A DNA stretch of 64,000 nucleotides from an uncultured archaeon (GTDB lineage Archaea; Aenigmatarchaeota; Aenigmatarchaeia; CG10238-14; SCSR01): contig CAZIJH010000002.1 in assembly GCA_964539655.1 (NCBI GenBank), positions 8,741 to 72,740 on the forward strand. The letters run 5' to 3'. The position numbers and the translations under genes were made by a program. This document shows positions 56,306-64,000 of the stretch, piece by piece (positions within the stretch are counted from its first letter, which is position 1; each line of letters opens with the position of its first letter). The notes under the pieces are model-generated. The model was not told the origin of the DNA. It saw only the letters and a list, made by a program, of their open reading frames with translations, and did no database searches.

Positions 56306-56991
56306 TTGTGATCCCTCGATAGTCTGACGAGCATCCTGAAAAATGCAGGTATCTCTTTCCTCCCGAGTTTGGATTTTCCTATTTTCCTGTTAACGAATTT
56401 TATTGGAATCTCCGAAATTTTAAAACCGTTCTTGAAAATTTTGTAGAGGATTTCTATCTGGAAATTGTAATCTTTGCTCGAGATCTTTTTAAGATTTATT
56501 TTCTTGAAAATATTTTTTCTGTATCCGCGGTATCCGCTAGTCGGGTCCTTGATCGGCATGCCGAGAACCATTCTTGTGAGCACGCTGGCCCCAGAACTTA
56601 TAAATTTTCTGTCGACGCCCCAGCCTTCCACCTTTCCTCCTGGGATCTTCCTCGATCCTATGACCATGTCGTTAGTTTTCAAACCCTTCAAAATATTCTT
56701 GATGTAAATGGGATCGTGGCTCAGGTCGGCGTCCATTGTAATTATGAAGTCTCCGCGTGCGGAAATCATTCCAGTTTTCAAAGCTGACCCGAGACCGCTA
56801 TCTTTCTGTCTGATGACTCTTGCCCCAGCTTTTTTCGCACGCGAAGGAGTGTCGTCATTTGATTTGTCGACAATTACGATCTCGTGCCTAGATTGTTTGA
56901 GAACGCTATGGATGCGATTGATGAGTTCTCCGATTCCTGGCTCGTTCATTGTCGGGATTATTACTGATATCATTTGAATCAATATTAACAA
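56302..56991 (-). CDS. GT2 polyprenyl-/dolichyl-phosphate glycosyltransferase (Dpm1-like)
   Basis: ISVIIPTMNE, IVIVDKSNDDT and TMDADLSHDP. Confidence 0.8.
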   Translation of the reverse strand: MLILIQMISVIIPTMNEPGIGELINRIHSVLKQSRHEIVIVDKSNDDTPSRAKKAGARVIRQKDSGLGSALKTGMISARGDFIITMDADLSHDPIYIKNILKGLKTNDMVIGSRKIPGGKVEGWGVDRKFISSGASVLTRMVLGMPIKDPTSGYRGYRKNIFKKINLKKISSKDYNFQIEILYKIFKNGFKISEIPIKFVNRKIGKSKLGRKEIPAFFRMLVRLSRDHK

Positions 56992-57059
56992 TCGAATTTC
57001 TCGGCTGAGTAATAATACTATAAGAATCTTATTAAACTATTTGAATAGAGGAATGTTAG

Positions 57060-58379
57060 ATGGACGAAAACGAGATTAGAAACCAGATAAACAGTCTCGT
57101 GAAGGAATTCTTTGTTCTCAAAAATCAAAAGAAGAAATTCGTTCCTGGAGAAACTTTTGTCCAGTACTCGGGGGATCTGACAAGCGAAAGCGAGATCAAC
57201 GCAGCTGTGTCGACGCTGCTCGACGGAAGACTTGCGTTCGGCAAGAGAGTCGAGGAATTCGAAAACAATTTTGCAAACTATCTTGGGGTCAAGCACGCGT
57301 CCGCCGTGAGCACGGGGTCGGACGCTTGCATGCTTTCGATGCATGCGATGATGAACAAACATCTTGAAAATCCGATCAAGGCCGGCGACGAAGTTATCGT
57401 ATGCGCGCTGAATTTCGCTACGCCGATAAGTTCGCTCGTTTTCAGCGGGCTGAAGCCTGTTTTCGTCGACACAAATATCAGCAATTATACGATCAACACC
57501 GATAGGATCGAGGAAGCGATAACAGACAAGACGAGGATGATAATCGCGACGCACATTTTCGGAAGCGTGTGCAACATGGACAAGATAATGGAGCTCGCTA
57601 AGAAATATAACCTCCGTGTTATCGAGGATTGCTGCGATGCACACGGCTCACTATACGACGGAAGAAAAGTCGGTTCGATCGGAGACACTGGAGCATTCTC
57701 ATTTTATCCGGCGCACGGAATGACGATGGGCGGAGAAGGCGGAATAATTTCCACGAACGACGAGAACATCCACGACGTGGTAAGATCGATAAGGATGTGG
57801 GGAAGGGCGCTCCCGTGCAAGATATGCGGGAAGGATCTTTCGAAAGAATGCATGTATCATCACAACATTGATCTTGCCGGAATGGAAGACTACGACATCA
57901 ATTATCTTTTCATAAATCTCGGATTCAATTCGAAGATTACAGAGGTGCAGGGAGCGTTCGGACTCGAGCAGCTCAAGAAGCTCGACGACTTCAACAAGAT
58001 CAGGGATTCGAACTTCAATTACATTGTCAACGGACTGAAACCTTACGAGGACGTTTTGGTTTTGCCGAAAGCAGTCGACAAGGCGAAGCCGGCATGGTAT
58101 ACAATCCCGCTCACGATAAAGCCTGGAGCGAATTTCACGAGAAAAGAAATCACCGACGAGCTTGCGAGAGCGAAAATAGAATACAGGTTCCTTTTCACAG
58201 GAAATATTTTGAAACAGCCGGCATACAGAAATATCGATCACAGAGTTTCAGGTTCGTTGGAAAATGCTGATCTCACCACGACGAATTCGTTCTTCGTCGG
58301 ATGCTATCAGGGAATGACTCCGGAAATGAGAGAATACATCGTGCAGACAATGTCAAACTTCTTGGACAAGCACAAATAA
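57060..58379 (+). CDS. DegT/DnrJ/EryC1/StrS-family PLP-dependent sugar aminotransferase
   Basis: 439 aa with this fold. A PLP lysine region (NxxK-like) lies around DCCDAHG...FSFYPAHGMT. Confidence 0.85.
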   Translation: MDENEIRNQINSLVKEFFVLKNQKKKFVPGETFVQYSGDLTSESEINAAVSTLLDGRLAFGKRVEEFENNFANYLGVKHASAVSTGSDACMLSMHAMMNKHLENPIKAGDEVIVCALNFATPISSLVFSGLKPVFVDTNISNYTINTDRIEEAITDKTRMIIATHIFGSVCNMDKIMELAKKYNLRVIEDCCDAHGSLYDGRKVGSIGDTGAFSFYPAHGMTMGGEGGIISTNDENIHDVVRSIRMWGRALPCKICGKDLSKECMYHHNIDLAGMEDYDINYLFINLGFNSKITEVQGAFGLEQLKKLDDFNKIRDSNFNYIVNGLKPYEDVLVLPKAVDKAKPAWYTIPLTIKPGANFTRKEITDELARAKIEYRFLFTGNILKQPAYRNIDHRVSGSLENADLTTTNSFFVGCYQGMTPEMREYIVQTMSNFLDKHK

Positions 58380-58442
58380 TTTCTTCGGATCAACGACGTT
58401 AATTTAAATTGTCGGAATTCCCTTTATCTTTAAAGTGACCTT

Positions 58443-59945
58443 ATGAATTCCGGAGAGAAGCTTGTCGGCAACAGTTTCTTTTTGTTCACGGACTGGTTTT
58501 CGCTCACGGTTTTGTCGTTGCTATACTGGTTCGTGATTGGCAAGACGCTTCCTCCTGAAAATTACGGGATAATCGCGACATCCACAAACCTGATACTGAT
58601 GATCTCGGGGCTGAGCCTAATAGGAATGCAGCTGACTGTGCCGAAGCTCGTTTCAGAGTATGCGCAAAAAAAACAATACGACAAGCTGAAAAGTCTCGTC
58701 TCATTCTCGATGAAGATCGTGATACTCATCGTGTCTGCAATCTCGCTTTCGATGATTCTTTTCTCGGGATTCTTCACGAATCTTTTCAATCTTCCGCTTG
58801 ACGCGCTGATAATAGTTTCAGTCAGCCTGTTCGTCTGGTCCCTGTGGAGCCTGTCGACTTCCATTCTTCTCGGGCTGCAGAACATGAAATACATATTCCA
58901 AACCAACCTCGTGGGAAACATTTTGAGAATTTTACTGGCGGTCGCGATGATTTCCGCAGGCTTTGCATACGTCGGTCCGTTGGCAGCTACGCTGATAGGA
59001 CTTTTCCTGATTATCTTATTGCGATGGAAATTTTTCAGCCTGTACAGTCCGGCGAAAATAAACAAGAAGCAGGTTATAATGAAGTACGCGATTCCCGCAT
59101 TCGTCGCAGGGATAGCAGTCATACTTTTTTCAAACGCTCCCAACATCATACTTAACACGATACAAGGTCCCGCAGTAACAGGATTGTTCGCGATTGCGAT
59201 CACGGTCTCGTCGCCGCTCGCCACAATTCCTTCAACATTCTCTTCCGCGTCTTTCCCGATAGTGTCCGCTCTTTCAACGGAGCGAAATCCAAACAAGAAG
59301 CAGATGAGGCTGATAAATTTCGCAACACGCTACTCTTTCTTCATGACAATCCCGGCTTTCACAATCCTGATCGTTTTTGCTGAAAAAATATTGCTGATGT
59401 TTTCGAGAGTGGAATATCTTCCTGCGGTGCAGCTGATACCGATAATCGCTCTGTCGACAATAGTCTGGGGCGTGGGGCAGATATTCAATTCCAGCATATA
59501 CGCGATAAGGAAGCCTAACGTCAGCAGGAACATAGTGGTGCTTTCGACAATAACATTTTTCGTGATGGCATTCCCACTCACGTACATTCTCTCGTCTTTC
59601 GGCACGGCTGTGTCGTATCTTGCTTCGACTCTTGTGTTCGCGATCCTGAGTTACGCGTATCTGCGCAAATCAATAAAATTGAAATTCGACTCGATGGTGT
59701 TCATGAAAATAATCTCGTCGAGCATACTGTTCGGAGCAATCATTTACTCGGTCAAATTTTTCGACAACATCATAATCAAATTTTTGCTGCTCTCATTGGG
59801 GATTGCCAGCTATTTCGGAATTCTTTTGGTGATGAAATATTATTCGAAAGACGACGCGAGAGTGTTCGAAATAATTTCCATGAAGTCCCCGGTTTTCAAG
59901 AAGCAGATTATGCAGATATCCAAATTCATTTCAGACAATTCCTAG
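58443..59945 (+). CDS. Polysaccharide biosynthesis / oligosaccharide flippase (Wzx/MOP superfamily), ~14 TM
   Basis: 500-aa polytopic protein with Polysacc_synt-like topology. Confidence 0.7.
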   Translation: MNSGEKLVGNSFFLFTDWFSLTVLSLLYWFVIGKTLPPENYGIIATSTNLILMISGLSLIGMQLTVPKLVSEYAQKKQYDKLKSLVSFSMKIVILIVSAISLSMILFSGFFTNLFNLPLDALIIVSVSLFVWSLWSLSTSILLGLQNMKYIFQTNLVGNILRILLAVAMISAGFAYVGPLAATLIGLFLIILLRWKFFSLYSPAKINKKQVIMKYAIPAFVAGIAVILFSNAPNIILNTIQGPAVTGLFAIAITVSSPLATIPSTFSSASFPIVSALSTERNPNKKQMRLINFATRYSFFMTIPAFTILIVFAEKILLMFSRVEYLPAVQLIPIIALSTIVWGVGQIFNSSIYAIRKPNVSRNIVVLSTITFFVMAFPLTYILSSFGTAVSYLASTLVFAILSYAYLRKSIKLKFDSMVFMKIISSSILFGAIIYSVKFFDNIIIKFLLLSLGIASYFGILLVMKYYSKDDARVFEIISMKSPVFKKQIMQISKFISDNS

Positions 59946-60950
59946 GAAAGGAATCGCCGCGAACGCCGCCTGTATCAGCATCATTCCGACGACGATCTGC
60001 CTTTCGGTCAATCCGAACCTCATCATCAGATGGGTCCACGAATAAATTTTGTTTCCGTACTTCGATTTTATTTTTCCGTTAGCCTGAACGACACCGAGAT
60101 CGGACGCGAATCTACCGAGCTTGTATATCGAATAGAATTTCAGAATTCCCTGAATGATGAAAGGAGTCATAACGATTATCGCTATCTTCTCCATGTTTCC
60201 GATTATCGCTCCTACAGCAACGACCGCTCCGAGCACGTAGGGCAGAGTGTCCCCAGGAAGAATTTTCGCCGGAGAGAAATTGTACCTCAGGAGAGCAAGC
60301 AACGCTGCGAACGTCGACAAGAAAAGAAGAGCGGCTTCCATATTTCCATTCATGAAAGAGAAAATTCCCAATGACAATGTGTATACTGCTCCCATTCCTG
60401 CTTCGAGCCCGTTGAATCCCCCGAGCATGTTCACCATGTTCGAAGCTCCGACTACCCCGATAGGAATTATCAGAAGCGGGAAAAGCAGTCCAAAATCTAC
60501 AGTGCCGATGATCGGAAACGTCATCTGAGTCATTCCGGCCATTATCGCCATCAGCGGGAGCGCCGCGGGAAAAGTGAGCGCGACCTTCTGCCATCTTTTC
60601 AATCCGAGTTTTCCTTCTATGTGCCCGAGAATCCTCACCTGAACGACGTTGAGATCGTCAATGAAGCCCGCGGCAGTTATTATCATTATCGAGGTGAGCG
60701 CCGCGAAAATTTTCAGCATCGACGTGTTGTCCCCGTATATGAAAACGTTGAGGAAGATGTACGCGAGGAGCGCGAACATTATTCCCATCGTGACGGGAAC
60801 GCCCGCGGAATGGGGAAGGATGGGGTCGCCGACTTTGTGCACGTCGGTGCTCGTGAGCTTGACGAACCTGAAATACCTTATGAAAAACGGAATCGAGAAC
60901 AAAGTCGCGAGGAACGCGATGGAGATTGAAATTGTCAGTATCGTTACCAT
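59931..60950 (-). CDS. Polyprenyl/dolichyl-phosphate N-acetylhexosamine-1-phosphate transferase (MraY/WecA/AglH family)
   Basis: AGFIDDLN and NMVNMLGGFNGLEAG match the MraY/WecA DDxxD and NxxNxxDGxDGL motifs. Confidence 0.75.
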   Translation of the reverse strand: MVTILTISISIAFLATLFSIPFFIRYFRFVKLTSTDVHKVGDPILPHSAGVPVTMGIMFALLAYIFLNVFIYGDNTSMLKIFAALTSIMIITAAGFIDDLNVVQVRILGHIEGKLGLKRWQKVALTFPAALPLMAIMAGMTQMTFPIIGTVDFGLLFPLLIIPIGVVGASNMVNMLGGFNGLEAGMGAVYTLSLGIFSFMNGNMEAALLFLSTFAALLALLRYNFSPAKILPGDTLPYVLGAVVAVGAIIGNMEKIAIIVMTPFIIQGILKFYSIYKLGRFASDLGVVQANGKIKSKYGNKIYSWTHLMMRFGLTERQIVVGMMLIQAAFAAIPFLGIV

Positions 60951-61011
60951 GTTTCCACTTTGCTTGTTAATTTAGTTGGGACGTTTAAAATTAATAAAGA
61001 TAGCCAGACTC

Positions 61012-63201
61012 TTACGTTATTGCCGCACCAGACAGCGTGTCATTGTAGGATGTTGAGTTGATAGTTATGTTTATCGGATACACTCCGTTTGCATCATAGC
61101 TGTTCTCAATCAGAATCAAAACATTTTCCGAACCGTTAAGCGTGGTTGCTTGGTCCGAATTAATTTCCTCCTCTCCGTTGTTGAATATCCATGAAAGCAG
61201 CCTCTGCCCCGCATTATTGCCTGCAATCACCTCGACAATCGCGCTGCTTGGATTCTCGGAAAGGACAATCTGACTAATTATCTCTGCAATTTTAATAACA
61301 AAGCTGCCGGAAAGAGAGTCGCTTGAATTCGCACCTGACGCCAATATCGTCAAGTTTCTTCTGCCAGAATCGTAATTATTTTCAATATACGCCACCAAAG
61401 ATTCTCCCTGAGTGAGATTCACTGTTGTGTTTGAAACGCTCGGCTCGGAAATGTTCCATGAGATGGTCTCGTTTGTCGGCCAGTTGTTGGCGACTGCGAA
61501 TTCGACAATCTTGTCGGTCTTATTCGATTCGTGTATATCATAGTAACCGATGTTCAATCCGTTCAAAACAAAAGACTCGTTGAAGATGTCGTTCATGCTA
61601 CCCGACGATATTCCGACGGATACAGTTTTCTTGCCGTCAGTCGTGTAATTTATGTCCCTTGAAATTACTGCGGTTCCGTTAGTGTCGAGTGTCACCTGAT
61701 CCTGAAATGTCTGGCCCTCGCTTGTTATGTTCCAGTTTATTGTCGACTGGCTGTAGTAATTCTTTATTGCGAATTGGACTAAACGGTTGTTCGCTCTTGT
61801 GGTAGTGCCGTTGTAATCTTCAATCTCGATTCCTTTTATTTCGAAGCCGACAGACTCAGTGTCATTTCCGTCAGTCGAATTTACGGAACACACCAATGTC
61901 TTCAGGCCAGAAGCGGCGTAGTCGTACACTCTGTCGAAAGTGGATTGGCCGTTGGCTGAAACTTGGAACTGGGAATCCGAGGTCTGGCCGTTGTTGCAGC
62001 TCCACCAGACATTTTGAGAAGTCTGGTCCATATCGTTCCTTACTATCAGCCTGTAAGAAGTGTTCGCAGCATCCCTTGCCGTGATAGAAAGGGATTGTAC
62101 AGATATTCCGAACTTTGCGCTAGCATTTTCGAAATCGATGGAATTGCCAGATGATTGAGCAGTCAAGTTTATTTTGTAATTCCCGCCAGCGTTGAATTCC
62201 TGCTCGACCACAAAAAATATTGATTCGTTTGTGGTTACGTTGAACGGAACAGACGAGTTGACTATTGTGCTATTTCCGAAATCAATTGTCCAATTTGCAT
62301 TTGTAACTGTTGCATTCTTTTCATTCGCGAGATAGAATTCGAAGTACCTTGTCCTATTAGTCGAATTCAAACTGGAAGCTTTGTGCAAATCTATTCCGGA
62401 CTCGACGGTCGTTATTCTAGACGGAGCATGCACAGGACTATTGCCATAGATGAATTTCGTCGTATTCAATCCGTCCCTCGCTATCTTCAGTATGTTTCCG
62501 ATCGCATTGTACGAATAGATGTAAGTCTTATCATCGATTGACGCATTAACGAGCCTGTCAAGAAAGTCGTAAACCATTCTATAAGTTTTGGAATTCGCAG
62601 AATCATTGATCAATATCACGTTGCCAACCGAATCGTAAGAATAATTCAGTTGCTGAATGTCTCCGGTCTTTATCTGTTTCAGTCTGGAATTCTGGCTGTC
62701 GTATGAAAATTCCGAAAGTTTCGAATTATAATACGTCTTGTTCGATATTTTGTCGAATGCATCATAGAAAGAATTGTTTATGAAACCGAGAATTTTTCCG
62801 GCTTTACTCTGATTGTTGTAATAGTACTCGGTGCCGTTTCCTGGAGTTAACGTCTGCTTTACTAACCTATCCATCGAGTCGTAGTAGTATCTTTTTTCAA
62901 ATTCAATCCCATCGACAGTTTTGATTTCACGTATCAGTCTCATTTTCTGGTCATATTCGTATCTGTAGCTTCCGTTCGTAAAAGTAATATTTGACAGGGT
63001 TCCTTCGTATTGGCCGTCGTACGCGTAAGTTATGTTCACCGTAGTGGAATTTTTAGTCAGAATCCTGTTTAGATGGTCATAGGTAATATTCACTTGATTT
63101 GTCGGACTGTCATATGTAAAATCTTGAATAGTCGCAAAAGTTGCCGGAGAAAATAAAATAAAAAATCCAAGAACAAACAAAATAAAATTAATTTTCTTCA
63201 T
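61012..63201 (-). CDS. Secreted YD/RHS-repeat protein with C-terminal tandem beta-sandwich-like repeats; ~40 N-x-S/T sequons
   Basis: Signal peptide MKKINFILFVLGFFILFSPATFA. YD repeats YAYDGQ, YYYDSMDRLV, YSYDSVGNVIL, YDFLDRLV and YSYNAIGNIL. The C-terminal ~350 aa consist of three to four ~70-aa repeats (NWNITSEG..., ISWNISEP..., LSWIFNNG...). Confidence 0.7.
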   Translation of the reverse strand: MKKINFILFVLGFFILFSPATFATIQDFTYDSPTNQVNITYDHLNRILTKNSTTVNITYAYDGQYEGTLSNITFTNGSYRYEYDQKMRLIREIKTVDGIEFEKRYYYDSMDRLVKQTLTPGNGTEYYYNNQSKAGKILGFINNSFYDAFDKISNKTYYNSKLSEFSYDSQNSRLKQIKTGDIQQLNYSYDSVGNVILINDSANSKTYRMVYDFLDRLVNASIDDKTYIYSYNAIGNILKIARDGLNTTKFIYGNSPVHAPSRITTVESGIDLHKASSLNSTNRTRYFEFYLANEKNATVTNANWTIDFGNSTIVNSSVPFNVTTNESIFFVVEQEFNAGGNYKINLTAQSSGNSIDFENASAKFGISVQSLSITARDAANTSYRLIVRNDMDQTSQNVWWSCNNGQTSDSQFQVSANGQSTFDRVYDYAASGLKTLVCSVNSTDGNDTESVGFEIKGIEIEDYNGTTTRANNRLVQFAIKNYYSQSTINWNITSEGQTFQDQVTLDTNGTAVISRDINYTTDGKKTVSVGISSGSMNDIFNESFVLNGLNIGYYDIHESNKTDKIVEFAVANNWPTNETISWNISEPSVSNTTVNLTQGESLVAYIENNYDSGRRNLTILASGANSSDSLSGSFVIKIAEIISQIVLSENPSSAIVEVIAGNNAGQRLLSWIFNNGEEEINSDQATTLNGSENVLILIENSYDANGVYPINITINSTSYNDTLSGAAIT

Positions 63202-63545
63202 AATACATTTCCTCCGATATACATCAGCTCCTTGAATGGCGTGTAGATAGTGGTGTTCGCGGAATCGTTCCTCAAAATTTTAATGCGCTGTCCGAACGGA
63301 TCGTAGGTGTAGTTCTCGATTTCAACGGAATGATTTTCCAGGAAGACCTCGAATCCTATCAGATAATTGGAGAAGTTGCCGGAGTCGTTTGTTGCCGTAT
63401 CTACATAGGTGCCAACGGTTTCGAAGATGGTGAGATTAATCGGGAGTACTGGAGAAGAAGATTGTATGTAATCAAGGGCATAGGTTGGTTGTAAATGAAT
63501 TAAAGAGACTAAAAAAATAAATAAGGCTAAGAAAATTAATTTCAT
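63198..63545 (-). CDS. Small secreted YD-repeat protein (115 aa)
   Basis: Signal peptide plus YTYDPFGQRIKIL YD motif. It has an ATGA overlap with the downstream YD-repeat gene. Confidence 0.55.
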   Translation of the reverse strand: MKLIFLALFIFLVSLIHLQPTYALDYIQSSSPVLPINLTIFETVGTYVDTATNDSGNFSNYLIGFEVFLENHSVEIENYTYDPFGQRIKILRNDSANTTIYTPFKELMYIGGNVL

Positions 63546-63952
63546 TATTTCTTAGCCTCCTTTGAATTAAGTTTTATGTAACGTTTGTTTTTCGGAAGAA
63601 AATAGAAAATTATATAAATAGCCAAAATTATTTGGGACACTCTCACAATGTACCATAAAATATCATTACTGTAAAAAAATAGAATAATTATTGAAAAAAT
63701 TTCTATTATTGAAGGAGTATTAAGGAGTCGAGGATAGTTTTTCTTTATTGAAATGATTAAGAAAATTATGTTTAGGATTTGAAAAGACAATGAGACTACA
63801 GATGCTATAATTATCATTGGAGAAAAATCTATTTCAGCTTCAAATGTAGCAACATATAGGACTATCAAAGAATAAATTATAAGTGAAGTCAAGTAAAAAT
63901 TAGTCAGTAGAGAATTCTTAAAATTTAGTCTTGAATAATTTTTATGTCTCAT
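63545..63952 (-). CDS. Small integral membrane protein (4 TM), unknown function
   Basis: A hydrophobic 135-aa ORF in a markedly more AT-rich stretch. Its stop overlaps the start of the 115-aa YD gene. Confidence 0.45.
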   Translation of the reverse strand: MRHKNYSRLNFKNSLLTNFYLTSLIIYSLIVLYVATFEAEIDFSPMIIIASVVSLSFQILNIIFLIISIKKNYPRLLNTPSIIEIFSIIILFFYSNDILWYIVRVSQIILAIYIIFYFLPKNKRYIKLNSKEAKK

Positions 63953-64000
63953 TTTGATTCACCAAAGAAATTACTAATGGTCTGAATTAAATAGTCAAAT

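Noticed and set aside
57018-57644. 208-aa minus-strand ORF
   Set aside because: It lies entirely antisense to the DegT aminotransferase gene and has no family signature.
1-64000. Search for rRNA genes, CRISPR arrays, IS transposase genes, integrase/att sites
   Set aside because: No such features were seen. The only candidate mobile feature is the small TIR-flanked element at 27942-28099, which is reported as a finding.

Overview
This is a compact, AT-rich archaeal chromosomal window. It has archaeal ribosomal protein types (S28e, L24e, P0/P1), Nop5-fibrillarin, archaeal DnaG, Hel308, Kae1, Hjc, and a tRNA-Leu with an anticodon-loop intron. Gene packing and codon usage suggest a small-genome, possibly DPANN-like lineage, but that is not provable from sequence alone. 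The first ~32 kb is an informational and housekeeping backbone. It includes (L7Ae tail)-S28e-L24e-tRNA-Ala, S13-S4-S11-RpoD-tRNA-Leu, FtsZ, SecE-Spt5-L11-[2-gene insertion]-L1-P0-P1, Nop5-fibrillarin, TrmI-tRNA-Pro, Hel308, Kae1, LigT, DnaG, Hjc and PolB. From ~35.5 kb to 63.5 kb there is one large surface-glycan / protein-glycosylation island. It contains nucleotide-sugar enzymes, six GT4/GT2 glycosyltransferases, two Dpm1-like GT2 plus GT-C (ArnT/PMT-like) modules, a DegT aminotransferase, a Wzx-like flippase and an AglH/WecA-like phosphosugar transferase. The island ends in two co-transcribed secreted YD-repeat proteins extremely rich in N-x-S/T sequons. Five things stand out as unusual. 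(1) A DP1-like gene with a degenerate phosphoesterase domain sits directly upstream of a PolB that carries a C-terminal zinc ribbon. (2) A Thg1-like nucleotidyltransferase plus a Cas2/VapD-like small protein are inserted into the otherwise invariant L11-L1 cluster. (3) A 358-bp structured intergenic region has 16-bp inverted repeats, a flanking 5-bp direct repeat and an AT-rich core. (4) An RHH-nucleotidyltransferase fusion lies divergent from the glycan operon. (5) There is an 810-aa epimerase/dehydratase-phosphomannomutase fusion. No CRISPR array, rRNA or classical IS element was seen.
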